DNA of 64,000 nt, from positions 14,006,760-14,070,759 of the forward strand of contig NC_083409.1 of NCBI RefSeq assembly GCF_020745735.1. Reading direction: 5' to 3'. The position numbers and the translations under genes are program-made. Numbering within the stretch: position 1 is the first letter of the stretch; every line of letters starts with the position of its first letter. This DNA is from Hemiscyllium ocellatum (lineage: Eukaryota). Positions 24,901 through 37,493 of the stretch are shown here, in pieces. The notes below the pieces were generated by a model. That model had not been told where the DNA came from, searched no databases, and was given only the letters and a program-made list of their open reading frames with translations.

Positions 24901-27307
24901 CTCCCCCAGCTTATCCCAGATCCAACCCTCCAACTCGGCACCACCCTTTTGAACTGTCCTACCTGTCCATCTTCCTTCCCACCTATCCACTCCACCCTTC
25001 ACTCTGACCTATCACTGTCACCCCCCACCTCCACGTACCTATTGCAATCTTCATTACATTTTCCCCAGCCCCAATTCCCTCCTATTTATCTCTCTGACTC
25101 CTCACTCCCTCCTCTCCATTCCTGATGAAGAGCTTATGCTCAAAACGTCGACTCTCCTGCTCCAGGGATTCTGCCTAACCAGCGCTACATGATTTCACTC
25201 TGTGCTGTGGTAACAGTGTGTTAAAGCCCAGTGCAGGTCATCCGTCATCTCAATCAGATCACAGGGTCTAAGGTGGGTCAGTAATGTCTGGCCCCAGAAC
25301 AATAACACTGACTGACTGGAGACAACCCAGATCAAGTCCCAGTGAGAGTGTTATTGACCTTCACACTCAAAGCCCACCAAGGAGGTGGTTGTTGTTAGTC
25401 TCAATGTTGCCACAGATTAAATTCTCCCAGAGATTCATAATTCATTCCAGATTTTAAACAAGGGAGGGATGTTGTGGGGAGACAGATGGGAAGGCATGGA
25501 GAGGAAACAAAAAGGAGAGAGAATTGCCCTTCTGTTACACTGTTCATGAGCTCAGGATGTTCAAAGATGTTTTACAGCTAATGGAGAAATTCCAAAGTCT
25601 AGTCATTGTTGTAATATGGGCGGGGGAATGACAGCTCCCCCGAACAGAAGGAATGCAAAAACTGCTATCACTATGAGAGTGGAAAGGTCGGGTGGAGACA
25701 ATGACAGTGACACCCTCCACAGAGAGAGAGGGGAAAGTACGCAGACACATTTAAAACTGTATTAACACAAGTGAGAAATCAAACAAACACCCACTTCATC
25801 ATGAGTCTTCCTGCATTGTTGGTTTGAATCCAATTCAACAGCAGGGACCAAAGAACAAGGAACTATACAGCACAGGAACAGGCCCTTCGGCCCTCCCAGC
25901 CTGTGTTGACACATTTTGCCCTTCCTCACCGAAACTGTATTCACCTACAGGATTCATATCCCTCTATTCCCTTCTTTTCCGTGTATTCATCCAGGTATTT
26001 CTTGAATGCTGCTATTGTGTCTGCTTCCACCACTTCCACTGGCAGCGTGTTCCAGCCCTCACCACCGTTTGTGTGAAATACTTACCTCACACATCTGTTT
26101 TAATTCCCCACTGCACCCACCCATCCCCTCCCACACCTTGTACCTGTGTCCCCTAGTAACTGACCCCTCTACCCTGGGAAAATCCCTCATATCAGACAGC
26201 ATTCTTGGTACATTTTTTCAGTACCCTCTCCAAAGCATCCACATCCTTCTGGTCATAGTGACCAGAACCATATGCAATATTCCCAGTGTGGCCAAACTAA
26301 AGTTCAGTAAAGCTGCAGTATAACTTGTCTATCCTAATACTCAGTGCTCCTCCCAATGTAGCCAAGCCTGCCATTGCCTTTTTTACTACCTTCGGTGCTG
26401 CCACTCTCAGTGATCTGTGAACATGTACACCGAGATCCCTCTGCATTTCAATACTCCAATGGATTCTGCCATTCACTGTGCAGGTATTCTGCCACGTGCT
26501 TCATCTTTCAAAATGCATCATTTCACATTTATTTGGATTAAACTTCATCTGCCATTTTCTATCCACGCATCCAATTGATCTATGTCCTGCTGTATCCTCT
26601 GATAATCTGATCATTAACTGCAACTCCAGCAATCTTTGTGGCATCCACAAACTCATGAATTAGACTAGCCATGTTTTCGTCCAAATCACTTATGGAGACC
26701 ATGAACAGCAAAGGTCCCATCATTGATCCCTGCAAAACCCCACAAGACACAGCCCTCCATTCTGAAATCCATCCTTCCATCACTATGCTCTCTCCTCTGA
26801 CACAGCCAGTTCTGTATCCAATGCTGGGAACATTTTAGACAAGACACCTTGTTGCCAGATCGTTACTGCAACTTGATCCAGTTCATTCAGAAAGAGACAA
26901 AGGACAATGTGCAGATTGTTGAACAGGCCCCTACACCTGGGCCTGAGGGAGGAGCCGAAGCTCCAATACACTACACATGGAACTTAAGACAGAGTGGGGT
27001 CATGAAGTCTGTCCATATGTTCCTTTGGGACCGGAAAGGAGTGAGGAAATAGAGGCAATTGTAGAAGAGTCAATAAGGATTAAAGCAAGATGGAGAGCGC
27101 GTTTTGGAAAGGGATTAGTGGAGAAAATATACTTTTTGCCACCCAACGTTGACATAGTCTCCGTGTATCACATCATGAATAAAATAGCACACTGTGAGGA
27201 CAATCAAAAGTTACACCAAAGTGCTTATTTTTGATATATCACAGCATGCAGAGCATTTTTATTGTGGTGCAATTAGGTATCCTGGTTCAAAAGATGTTCT
27301 CTCTCTC

Positions 27308-27344
<37 letters not shown>

Positions 27345-29384
27345 GTTTGTACAGATCCAGCTGGTTCGATCCTCACAGAGCCCCAGTTTATTTGGACTGT
27401 TCAGTAATGTGGAAATGTCGATGGTGGACTGGGGTACACCTGATAAAGGAGCAGCGCTTCAGAAGCTTGTGATTTCAAATGAATCAGTTGGGCTAGAACC
27501 TGGTGTAGTGAGTCCTCTGACTTTGTATTGTTCAGGCACAGTGAAACAGCTGCTTTCTAGTTACTATGGAGGACTTGCACAGCTGCTGAAGACTATGGGT
27601 AATGACTCCTTCCATTAGCCGCAAACACACCAGTAGTCATTCCAGTGGATTCCAGTGGGAATGACCAATCAGTTGCTTTGACCTAGTTCCCCAGTTAATC
27701 AGGCCATGGCTGACCTGGAATACATTCTCCCTTTGTCCTGTAAACCGTACTGCCCTGAGAAAATGGATATTGAAACCCAACCTCAACAGCTTTTTATTTT
27801 GGATTGAGGGTTCCAGATTTCCATCACTCTGTCGGAAAGAAATTTTCCTGAAATCGTCTGAATTACAATTTTAACAACCCTCTTGTTCTGGACTCGGACT
27901 GGAGAAAGCAATTTACATCAACACTGTTCATCATCTCTGGGGAAAAGTCTGACTGATGTAACCTGTTCTCTCTCATTAACAGTTTCTGATCTGAAGGTGA
28001 CATCACAGGCTGGACACTGAGAGGGTGGTTCCTGTTATCGGGCAGACGAGGACTGGAGGGCAGGTTTAACACAAACCAGTCTCCAGTTTAAAGGGAAGGA
28101 GGGATTTTCTTGCTGAGGGTTGATAGTCTGTGGAATTTTCTTCTCTACATGGGGATGGAGGTTCACTCATGGAGTTGGCACAAGGTTACAGTCGACAGAC
28201 TTTTTGATGAACAAGGCAATTAAGGATAATGGGAGGGGGTGGGGAAGCAGAACGTACGGGCGAGACCATAACCAGATGAGCAGTGATCTTCTTCATTGGC
28301 ACAGCAGCTCCCAAAAGGCCTGCTCCTGCTCCTAGGTCCTATGTTCTGACAGAGGCTGCAGCAATCCTGGACCCCCATCTTTCCTTTGTCACTCACTGAC
28401 AAAAATATAATTTTAAAATGAAAATTATTTTTTTGAACAAGACCAACTCAATTCTTGTTGCAGTCATTTTCTTTGCTGGCTTTTAATTTCAACAGGGTTT
28501 TAGCAACACGTCATTTGTCTTATGTTGCAGTGGAGACAGACACAAGGCAGTGAGGCCTCAGAGAGCACCGAGAGCTTTCACTCTGCACAACAAGGCTGTC
28601 AGCACAAGCATCTGGTGACAGAATTGTAGGGGGTTGAAAAGGAGAGAGTCACGGAGAAAAGAGACCTTATAGTTCAAAATAAAACCTCTTCATATATTCC
28701 CACACTTTAATGAATTAATGTTAGAGGATTAGAAACCCAGAACGGTGAGAGTGTGCTGGCTCAGAGGCTAAAAGGCAGAGAGCAAGGAGCTGCATTATTC
28801 CTTCTCATTATTATTTCTGCTTCATCATTGGTGAGCTTCATAAATATTGCCCACCCCCAGTTGCTTGGACGAAGTTCTTTGCTGAGCCAGATCATAGGGT
28901 CATTAAAAATGGATCATGTCACGGTGGGGCAGGAGTCACAGACCAGGCTCCCTCGCCAAAAGAACATTTGTGGACATCACATTGAATTTCATGTCTTTTT
29001 TTGTACAAATTCCAGCGCCTTCCTTTCCAGATATTACATGGCTCACCACCGCCCTCTCCAGGACAATTAGGGGAAGGCAACCAATAACCAACACGTCAAC
29101 GCCCGCCCCATCCCGGGAGAAATCAGGAGAAATGATGTAAAATTAAAATGATCAAATTGGTGAGGCTTGAATTCATCTCTTTGAAAGACTGGACTCTCGG
29201 TCAGAAACAGAGCCATGACATGGGTGAACCTGGTTTGTCAGATTGAAAGGTGGAGAGTCCTTTGGATTGACGCTGGGATCAGCAAAAAAATGAATTGCAC
29301 TCAAAGATTGAACAAACAGCTATCAAAGTGGGTCACCAAACTGCAGAGTACAGCACTTGCAGCGACGCGAGCAACGCGTCCCCA

Positions 29385-29692
29385 CCACGGTGGCACAGTG
29401 GTTAGCACTGCTGTCTCACAGTGCCTGAGACCCGGGTTCAATTCCCACCTCAGGCGACTGACTGTGTGGAGTTTGCACATTCTCCCCGTGTCTGCGTGGG
29501 TTTCCTCCGGGTGCTCCGGTTTCCTCCCACAGTCCAAAGATGTGCGGGTCAGGTGAATTGGCCGTGTTAAATTGCCCGTAGTGTTAGGTAAGGGACAAAT
29601 GTAGGGGTATGGGTGGGTTGCGCTTCGGCGGGTCGGTGTGGACTTGTTGGGCCGAAGGGCCTGTTTCCACACTGTAAGTAATCTAATCTAAT
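29385..29692 (+). mobile_element. tRNA-derived SINE (HE1-like), unit B only
   Basis: Same family; absent at the matching site in unit A (~14290). Confidence 0.92.
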
Positions 29693-30565
29693 CTCTCTCC
29701 TTGCTGTTGCCCTTCCCTAACTGTCCTGGAGAGGGCGGTGGTGAGCCATGAGTTTCTCGAAGAGAATCTGACAGAGGGACAAGGTCATGTCCTCGGCCTG
29801 AGCACAACTGCCTGGCCAGCTGTGCTTTTCCAGCACCACACTTTTTGACTCTGAGTAAACTATCCTTCAGGAGAATGAGCTGTGGCACATGGGAAAACCT
29901 GGGAGTATTGGAAAGGCATCAGCAGCCTGGTCAGCCTGCAGAGGGGCAGAAACAGATTTGATGAATGAGATGATATCCTTTCAGAGCCACACAGTTTACA
30001 TTGTTACTGACGGTGACTCCATGGGCAATGCTCCTGCTTCAGAGTCAAATGGTCATTGCATTGAAAGCCACCTCAGAAATGAGAACACAGAATCCAGGTT
30101 GAGACTGCAGTGAACTCTGACACAATATTATGTATGGGATGTTCATTTAAAGCCCCACCAGCACCACCCAGACCCCAATCCCTCCACCTCAGGGGGCTCG
30201 ACAAGATCCCATTCTGAAGAGATTCCCTCAGGCATCCTGCTCAATATTCAACTAATGCCACCAAAAGGATTTGTCTCATCATTCGTTTGCTGATTTTGGG
30301 ATCTCAGCATTTTGTCTTGTGAAGGTGATTGCACTGTGCAGGCAGCTTTAAATATCCTGGGACGATTACAAAAAAACACTGCACCAACAAGTGTTCTTTC
30401 TTCCTGTCACATAACAGGGGAGTAAATCAGTAACTGAAAATCCACACTGAAGGCAAACACTGAAGCTTCAGCTGAAAGGCTTTTTGCACCACGTTAACCT
30501 GCGCCCTGGGCATTTCCTTCCAGTGTCCGAGATCGTTACCAGGCTGGGATGGAGGCTTACAGGAG

Positions 30566-32075
30566 GCTGGAAGAACACAGCAAGTCAGGCAGAATCTGGA
30601 GGTGGAGCAGTCAACATTTCGGGTATAACCCTTCTTCAGAACTGCAGGTGGGGGTAAGGGGAGCTGCAAATCAAGGTGGGATCGGTTGTTTGCGTGGGTG
30701 GAGGGGAATGGTGGAGTGGAAGGTATTGATGGATGAACACAGGTAGAGGGTTGGAAGTGCTTAGTCGATGGGAGGAATGAATCCATTTGATGGCTGGAAG
30801 GGTGGGTCCATAAGTGGAATAGAATGGAGGAGGGGGACTGGAAAGGGAGTCGAAAGTTGGAAAAGGGAGACTTTTTGAAACTGGAGAACTCAATGTTGAT
30901 TCCTTTGGGTTGTAAGCAACCCTGGGCAAAAGATAATTATTTGTTCCTCCAATTTGCAGTCTGATTGCTTATGGTAATGGAGGAGGCAGAGGATAGTCAT
31001 GTCAGAGAGGGAATAGGAAGGAGAATTGAAATAGGCAGTGACTGGGAGGCCAGGTCAGCCTTTGTGAGCCTGGCTGAGATGCTCATCAAAACATGTCCTT
31101 AGTTTATGTTTGGTCTCACCGATGCAGAGAAGACCACAACGGGTGCACCAGATACAATAAACTAGGTTGGAGGAGAGGCAGGTGAACCTCTGTCTGACCT
31201 GGAAGGACTGGGGCCCTGGATGGAAATGACAGGGTTTGGTGTGTGGGCAGGTTTTGCATCTTTTACAGTTGCAGGGGAAGGTACCAGGGTTTTGTTGGGG
31301 GAGGAGGGGGTAGGTGTGAAGTGTGGTGAAAACCAAGGATTGGCAAAGGGAACAGTCCTTGTGGAAGGCAGAGAGGGGTGGGGAGGGGAAGATGTTCTTG
31401 ATAGTGGGGTCGAGCTGGAGTTGTCAGAATTGTTTGAGGATGATACGTTGGATGCGGAGATTGATTGGACGTAAGGTGAAGACAAGGGGGACCCTGTCTC
31501 TATTGCATTTTGGAGGGGAGTGTTTAAATTTGGGGAGCAGAGAATGGAGGAGGTGCGGTGGAGGGCTTTCTGGATGGCAGAGGTGGGAAAAGTACATTGT
31601 TCAAAATAAGTGGACATCTGGGACACTTGGGAGGGGAGCATCTCCTCGTTCGAGCAGATATTACGGAGATGGAAGAATTGGGAAAACGGGGTGGTGTTCT
31701 TGCAGGATACTGGTTGGGAGGAGGTGTTGACCAGGTAGTTGTGTGAGTCTGTGGATTTACAGTAAATGTCTGTTCCTAGACTGTCACCGGAGATGGAAAT
31801 GGGGCGGTCAAGAAAGGAGAGGGATTTGTCCAAGATAGACTACGTGAATTTGAGGGCAGGTTGGAAGTTGTTAGCAAAGTTGATGAACAGCTCCAGTTCA
31901 GCCTGAGTGCAGGATGCAGTACTGATGCAGTCACTGATGTAATGGTGGAAGATTTGGGGAACGGTGCCTGTGCATGTACTGGTGAGGTGTTGTTTGATGT
32001 AGCCGACAACAAGCAGACATAGCTGTGACCCATGGCCACCCACTGGATTTGGAGGAAATGGGAAGAGTTGAAGAA
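30566..32075 (-). mobile_element. Degenerate Penelope-like retroelement, unit B
   Basis: FLDRPISISGD...PFSQFFHLRNICS and PGTFPCNCKRCKTC...LVYCIWCTRCGLLCIGETKHKLRTCFDEHL (GIY-YIG). Confidence 0.9.
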
Positions 32076-33063
32076 AGCTGACAGATCACATGGAAATGTT
32101 TGGAAAAGGTTCACAAGGACACAGTCCAGGCTTCCTGCAAATATCAGCCTTCCTTCTGTTGAAGTGCTTCTTCACAGGAGCTTCTCTATGGCGGTTTCAA
32201 GTACACATCATCCGTGGAAATATCACAGACTTTCTGAAATGGAATGAACTGAAAGAAGAGAAGGAAATGGGAAGAATTAACCAGACAAGGGTGAGCATCA
32301 AGAGAGATGGGAGTGTGTGGAAGACTCTGTGCCATTAAAAAATCCCAAAGGAGTTTCACAAGAAAAGCTCGAATCTTTACAAGGATATAACAGGGAGATG
32401 ACTTACTGACATCAAACAGGTTGGGTGTTAGGGACCCTGTGCCTCTGGTGCCTAACTTTATATGAGACAATACAGTCAAGGATGGTTGATGTGTAAATAA
32501 AGGGTGACTTGATGATGTGGAGTTATTTCATGATCAATGACCGCGGGCATAGATTTAAGGGAAATGGCAGAAGATTAAGAGGGAATGTGAGGAAACATGC
32601 CTTCATGCAGAAGGTGGTGGTAATTTGTAACTTGCTTTCTGTAAGGGTAGTTGAGGCAGAAGCTCTCCCATAACATTGACGTACTTTGATGTGCAGCTGT
32701 GATGCCAAGGTTTACAGGGCTGCGGGCCAACTGCTGGAACATGGAATTAGAATAGTGAGGTGGTTGTTCGGCTGGCTTTGGCTCATTGGGCCGAAGGGCC
32801 TTGTTCTTGTAGACCTGTTGTAGATGTCTGACTCTGCCAGGACTCCAGCAATGTGGCTGACCCTTACCTGCCATTTGAAAGGCCGAGCAAGTCACTCAGT
32901 TTCAGGGCAGTTAGGGATGGGGAACAAATGCTGGTCTTGTCAGTGACACCCACATCCCAGGAAAGAATAGACAGCCTCAGTGGTAACACCGTCACCTGAA
33001 CCTGCAGGTTTCAAGCCCCACTCCAGACACTGGAGCACTATCCTGCGGCTGGCAAAGGCAAAG

Positions 33064-33077
33064 ACGCCATCTGCTGG
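33064..33077 (-). promoter_or_regulatory. CTCF-type motif 4
   Basis: Identical CCAGCAGATGGCGT on the minus strand. Confidence 0.5.
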
Positions 33078-34999
33078 ATGATCGGTTAAACCACTGCCCT
33101 CTCAGGTCGATGTGAATAAAAGGGCTTTGTGACCATCTCAGGGAAAATCTCCCCAGTGTGCTGACCAATGCTTCTCTTATAACCAATGGTATTAAAACAG
33201 ATACAAGAGTAAAATACAGCAAATCTCAAATAAAACAAGATGCTGGAGAAAGGGAACAGGTGCAGCCACATTAGAGAGAGGAGGTAATAATGTTTTGGAT
33301 TCAGTGATGTTTTATCAAAAAGAAGCCACAGTTTTTGATGATTTTATTTCATTTTAACCTGTTTTATGTTATTTTATTTTATTTAAATCTTGTTTGTCAA
33401 ATTTCAGCCAGCTTGATTGGCACCACATCGACATATATCCATTGCCTCCACACTGACCCTCAGTAACAGCTGTGAGCACTATCTACAAGATACATTGCAG
33501 AGGTTCAGCAAAGATCCTGAGAGAGCACCTTCCAAACCCATGACCACGTCCATCAAGAAGGACATGGTAGCAGATACACAGGAACACCACTCTTTGCAAG
33601 TTCCTCTCATTGAAATATATCGCTGTTCCTACATTGTTATTGGGTCAGGCTCATGGAATTCCCTTCCTCCGCACATTGTGGGTCTACCTACAGCACACAG
33701 ACTGTAACAGTTCGAGAAAGCAGCTCAGCGCCACTGTGTCCATGACAATGAGAGATGGACAGTAACAAGGCTGGTGAACAGTAAGAGCAGGTTTGATTAG
33801 GGATCTGAAAGTGAGAATGTGATGTTTCAGTTCTTCCTGGACATCTCAAGGTTTGTATGAACTTTTGGTCTCCTAATTGCAGAAAGAATATAATCCATTG
33901 GAAGTGTTTCAGAGGAGTTTTATCCGACTGATCCCTGGTATGAGGGGGCTGTGTGGTGAGGAAGGATCGGAAAGGCTGGCCTTGATCTCACTGGAGTTTC
34001 GAAGAGTGGGGGTTTTTCCTGTCCCACTGTATTCTCCAAACCCTTATCTGACCCCCTCTTGGGTCATACCCTCCTGCCCCTTACTAACATGGAATTGGAC
34101 TGCCCAGTCCTGAGGCTTACACCTTCCATCTGGAACAAAGTCTCCAGGTAGCACTGACCCTCCCTGATGTATCAGGATTCTTACAACTCAGCTTCCAATC
34201 CAAACCCCCTGAGTGGGAGTTGCTGTAGATTTGTACAGTCACTACAGATGTATTTACCCTGAATCATTTCAGTTTAATGAACAAATGCTGATTCCACTTA
34301 CAAATGAAAGAAATCAATTCTTTCATGGAACTAGTAATTGTCCTCAGTCTCTGGATCAATGTTTCAGTACTTTTCATTTCTAGGATTTCCCTATTTGAGG
34401 TTTCCTAAGCATACTATTGATATGGTTCCTTACACAAAGCTCTTCCCAGCTGATCTGGTCAACAGACTCCTGTCCCCTTGTTTATTATTTTGCTATTTTC
34501 AAACCAAGTGCATGTGCAGGCTCCCATCAGCTGAAGTGACAGTTCCAAACCAGTTTGGAAAAGCAAAGGTAGACCTCCTTCCCACAGTTCACCGAACTCC
34601 CACATTGACCAAACCTCCCAGCATCCCCCTCTGTGCCAGCTGCAGGATATAGGCTGCCCTGTATTTATACTGGTGCTAATTGATATCACTTTGTTCTGTC
34701 GTGCTATTAAAGTCATAGAGACAGCACAGAGACAGAACCTTTGGTTCAACTTGTCCACGCTGACCAGATATCCCAACGCAATCTAGTTCCACTTGCCAAT
34801 GCTCAGGATCTGGGTTAAGTTAGATCATTTCTCAGTCTGAAGCTTCCTTCTTTCAGCCTGAGAAATATGTTACTTTTATAACCAACAAATGTGACTTTAA
34901 TGCTGGAATCTGTTTTGAAGATTAATGGGCTCAATAGTTTGATTCAATGTGGTAAGATAAGAAATATCTGTGTCACTTGCTGTAATTCAGTCTTCTCTA

Positions 35000-36580
35000 A
35001 CCAATCTCTTCAGGGGCCAGGATGAGTGTGAGGAGATTGGGTTTTGATGGAACTACCCACAGACTCAAGTCAAAAGAAGCAAAGCAATAAAGACAGGTGG
35101 ATCGAATACAAGAGAGCACATTATGAGGGAAAACTAATTATTACCAAAGGAGAGAGTGACAACATTGAATTGCTTCTGCTGTCATCCTCTGCGCCCTTAC
35201 GTTTCACAGTGTCAGCTCCACATCCTTCCATTGACTTTGTCATTGAGAGCCAACGGTTCCTTTCCCACAGCCCTTTTTAAAATGCCCTGCCCAGGGAATC
35301 ACTCAGACAGAGAATATTTCACCTTTTCTGGGAAGGTTGGAAAAATATTGGATGTCGATGAGCTACTTTCTCAGACTTCAGTGTCTGACAGAAGGATGTG
35401 TGTAGGCTGTGGATTCTGGAGACAGATCACTGAGATATTCCTCACTCCCATCAACACCTGACTTTATCCTGAAATCAGTTTCTATTCTTCATTATAAAGT
35501 ACCCCCACCAGTTTCAGACTAGACATTTCACACCCAGCCCCCATTTCCTCACATTGGAATCAAGAACCAAACTTGCCCCATCTCAGGATTGCCCTCTGAA
35601 TGTGGTGTCAGTGTGCTAATGCTGTGTTTGATGAAAGAGCCACAGTGGAATCTGGGACTGAATCCAAGGCGTTTCTGATCCACCAGCAGCCTCCTTGCTG
35701 TGTGAGATTCTGTTTGGATAAGATTTCAGCCCCATGGTTCCCACTGATACAAGAACCATGGAGTGAGATTGCTGGAGCCACGTGTGGACTGAGGAACACA
35801 ACAGTCAGGACAATGAGCTGCTCTGGAATCCACCCTGAGCCCTGGATGGTTGTCACTGAGATGGTCCAGGGGCTACAGAATATGACAGCAGAAAGTGGAA
35901 CCAGTTTATCATTGACTATACCCCCCCCAGCCATGACTCCCAGACTGAACATTCTCAATCTGACCCCAGGGACACACGGGGCAATTCCATCTCATTTGAA
36001 AAGTAAAGAAAACCCAGGTCTAATTTATGGAATATTTATTACCCAAACCCTGTGGAATTGTTATTTTGAGTTCCAAGATTCTGCTGATCATATTGATCAA
36101 TAGAGTGACCCCAGTGACCCTGATCTGAATTGCTTGGCTCAGGATCTTGCTGTCCCTGATGGATGGGTTGGTGTGGAGGGGGAATTGCCATCAGAATATT
36201 TTGTACCAGGGATGGATCAAGTTAGTATAGTGGGTGACAAGGTGGCTCAGTGGTTAGCACTGCTTCTTCATAGTGCCAGGGACCTGGGTTCGATCCCTGC
36301 CTCAGGAAAATATCTATGTGGATTTTGCACATTCTCTCCAAATACAAATCAAATGCTGTATGGAATATTAACTTTGCAAACCCTGTGGGATTGTTATTCT
36401 GGGTAGTAAGATCCTGCTGGTCAAATTGATCAATAAAATGCGAACTGAACTGCTTGGCTCGGGATCTTGCTGTGCTGAAAGGATGTGTTGGTGTTCAGGG
36501 GAATTCCCATCAGATTATTGTGTTCCCCATTGCCCCCTCTATTCTCCCCTTCCTGCTCCATACCTGGGGGTGGGGTGGAG
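35000..36580 (-). repeat. C-kappa 3' flank, inverted partner of 2740-5615, with an internal ~180-bp tandem duplication
   Basis: Matches the reverse complement of 2740-5615; internal copies at ~36029-36207 and ~36362-36527. Confidence 0.85.
36232..36340 (+). mobile_element. SINE 5' (tRNA head) fragment
   Basis: GGTGGCTCAGTGGTTAGCACTGC...GGGTTCGATCCC. Confidence 0.7.
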
Positions 36581-36667
36581 CTTTTCACTTCATACACCTA
36601 TCCCTGAGGCTTCAGCTCGGGCCATTCCCAAAGCACACACAGAGACAGAGACTGAATCTTCTTCATC

Positions 36668-36673
36668 TTTATT
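36668..36673 (-). terminator. Probable polyadenylation signal of the kappa transcript
   Basis: AATAAA on the minus strand ~490 nt after the stop, followed by a GU-rich tract (GTCTCTGTCTCTGTGTGTGC). Confidence 0.6.
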
Positions 36674-37164
36674 CCCTTTTCCAGATTGACATTGACAGAA
36701 AACAGTCAGCAATTAACAGCCCAGACAGAGGAAGCTGCTCAAATTCACAGCCACAATGGAGCTTGAGGAAAACACTTGTGGAGAATTTCTCAATAACATG
36801 AGAATCCTGTCCCTTTAAACAGTGACAAAACCTTAAATTGGAACTGGCGGCTGAGCAGAAAGGAGGTCTGTTTTACTGAAACAGAGACTTTTGAGGTTCA
36901 CATTGTTTTTGCACAGCTGACAGTCTTTAGCACTGTCCCCATCAAACACATCCAGGTCAGGGAATGCATGGGACTAGATAAAGAGTAAAGTTTTCTCTAC
37001 ACTATCCCAACAACCAGCCTTAACCCCTGAAGCTCAGAAGTATCTCCAAGCCAGTCCTGAGAAGGAAGAGAGTTGAAATTCAGTGCTGAAAATGACCTTT
37101 GACCTGCCAGCTCAGCACTGTTCTATTTAAAGTTGTGTCTCCTCTGTGGACTGTCTCAAACACT

Positions 37165-37493
37165 CTACACACATTCTGATCTCCTGATGCTCTTGCTGAG
37201 GGGAGAGGGGAGTGTCACATGGGTGAGGGCACAGGAGAAGTGAGCGTTGGACTCCCAGTCAGACCCAGAGAGGGTCAGCAGGCTGCTGACACTGTAGGTG
37301 CTGTCCGAAGCTCGCAGGTAGTTGCTGGTCTGAACCCCGTCCGAAATGACTGCACCGTCCTTCTTCCACTGCACCTCCAGCTCATCGGGATAGAAGTGAT
37401 TGGCAAGGCATACCAGGGTGGCAGTGCCCTTGGCATTGACCTGCTCCGGGGAGGGGGGCAGCAGGGTCAGCTTGGGCTGAGAGTTGTCACGGA
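37165..37493 (-). CDS. IGKC: Ig kappa constant exon
   Basis: Acceptor TTGTCTTTCAG|TC; RDNSQPKLTLLPPSPEQVNAKGTATLVCLANHFYPDELEVQWKKDG...FSCALTHVTLPSPLSKSIRRSECV-stop; C1-set Cys/Trp/Cys and terminal interchain Cys; phase matches J. Confidence 0.97.

Larger units (their letters stand above)
19128..34215 (+). repeat. Tandem segmental duplication, unit B (15,088 bp)
   Basis: Starts mid-CR1 (TATGAACATC = 4036) right after CCCTGAGTG, and ends with the same CCCTGAGTG at 34215. Confidence 0.95.

Noticed and set aside
34543-34560. TTCCAAAC-CA-GTTTGGAA palindrome
   Set aside because: Single short instance, expected by chance in 64 kb.
35600-36103. 167-aa ORF with SGTSLSLTI and LNILNL fragments vaguely like an Ig V strand; paralog ORFs at 2984-3439
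   Set aside because: No Ig Cys/Trp/YxC framework, no RSS, and reading frames are not preserved between paralogs.
2740-37100. Kappa-deleting-element-like RSS downstream of C
   Set aside because: Heptamers at ~12477, ~27537, ~30332 and ~35642 have no nonamer at 12 or 23 bp; not exhaustively scanned, so an RSS information-content scan could overturn this.
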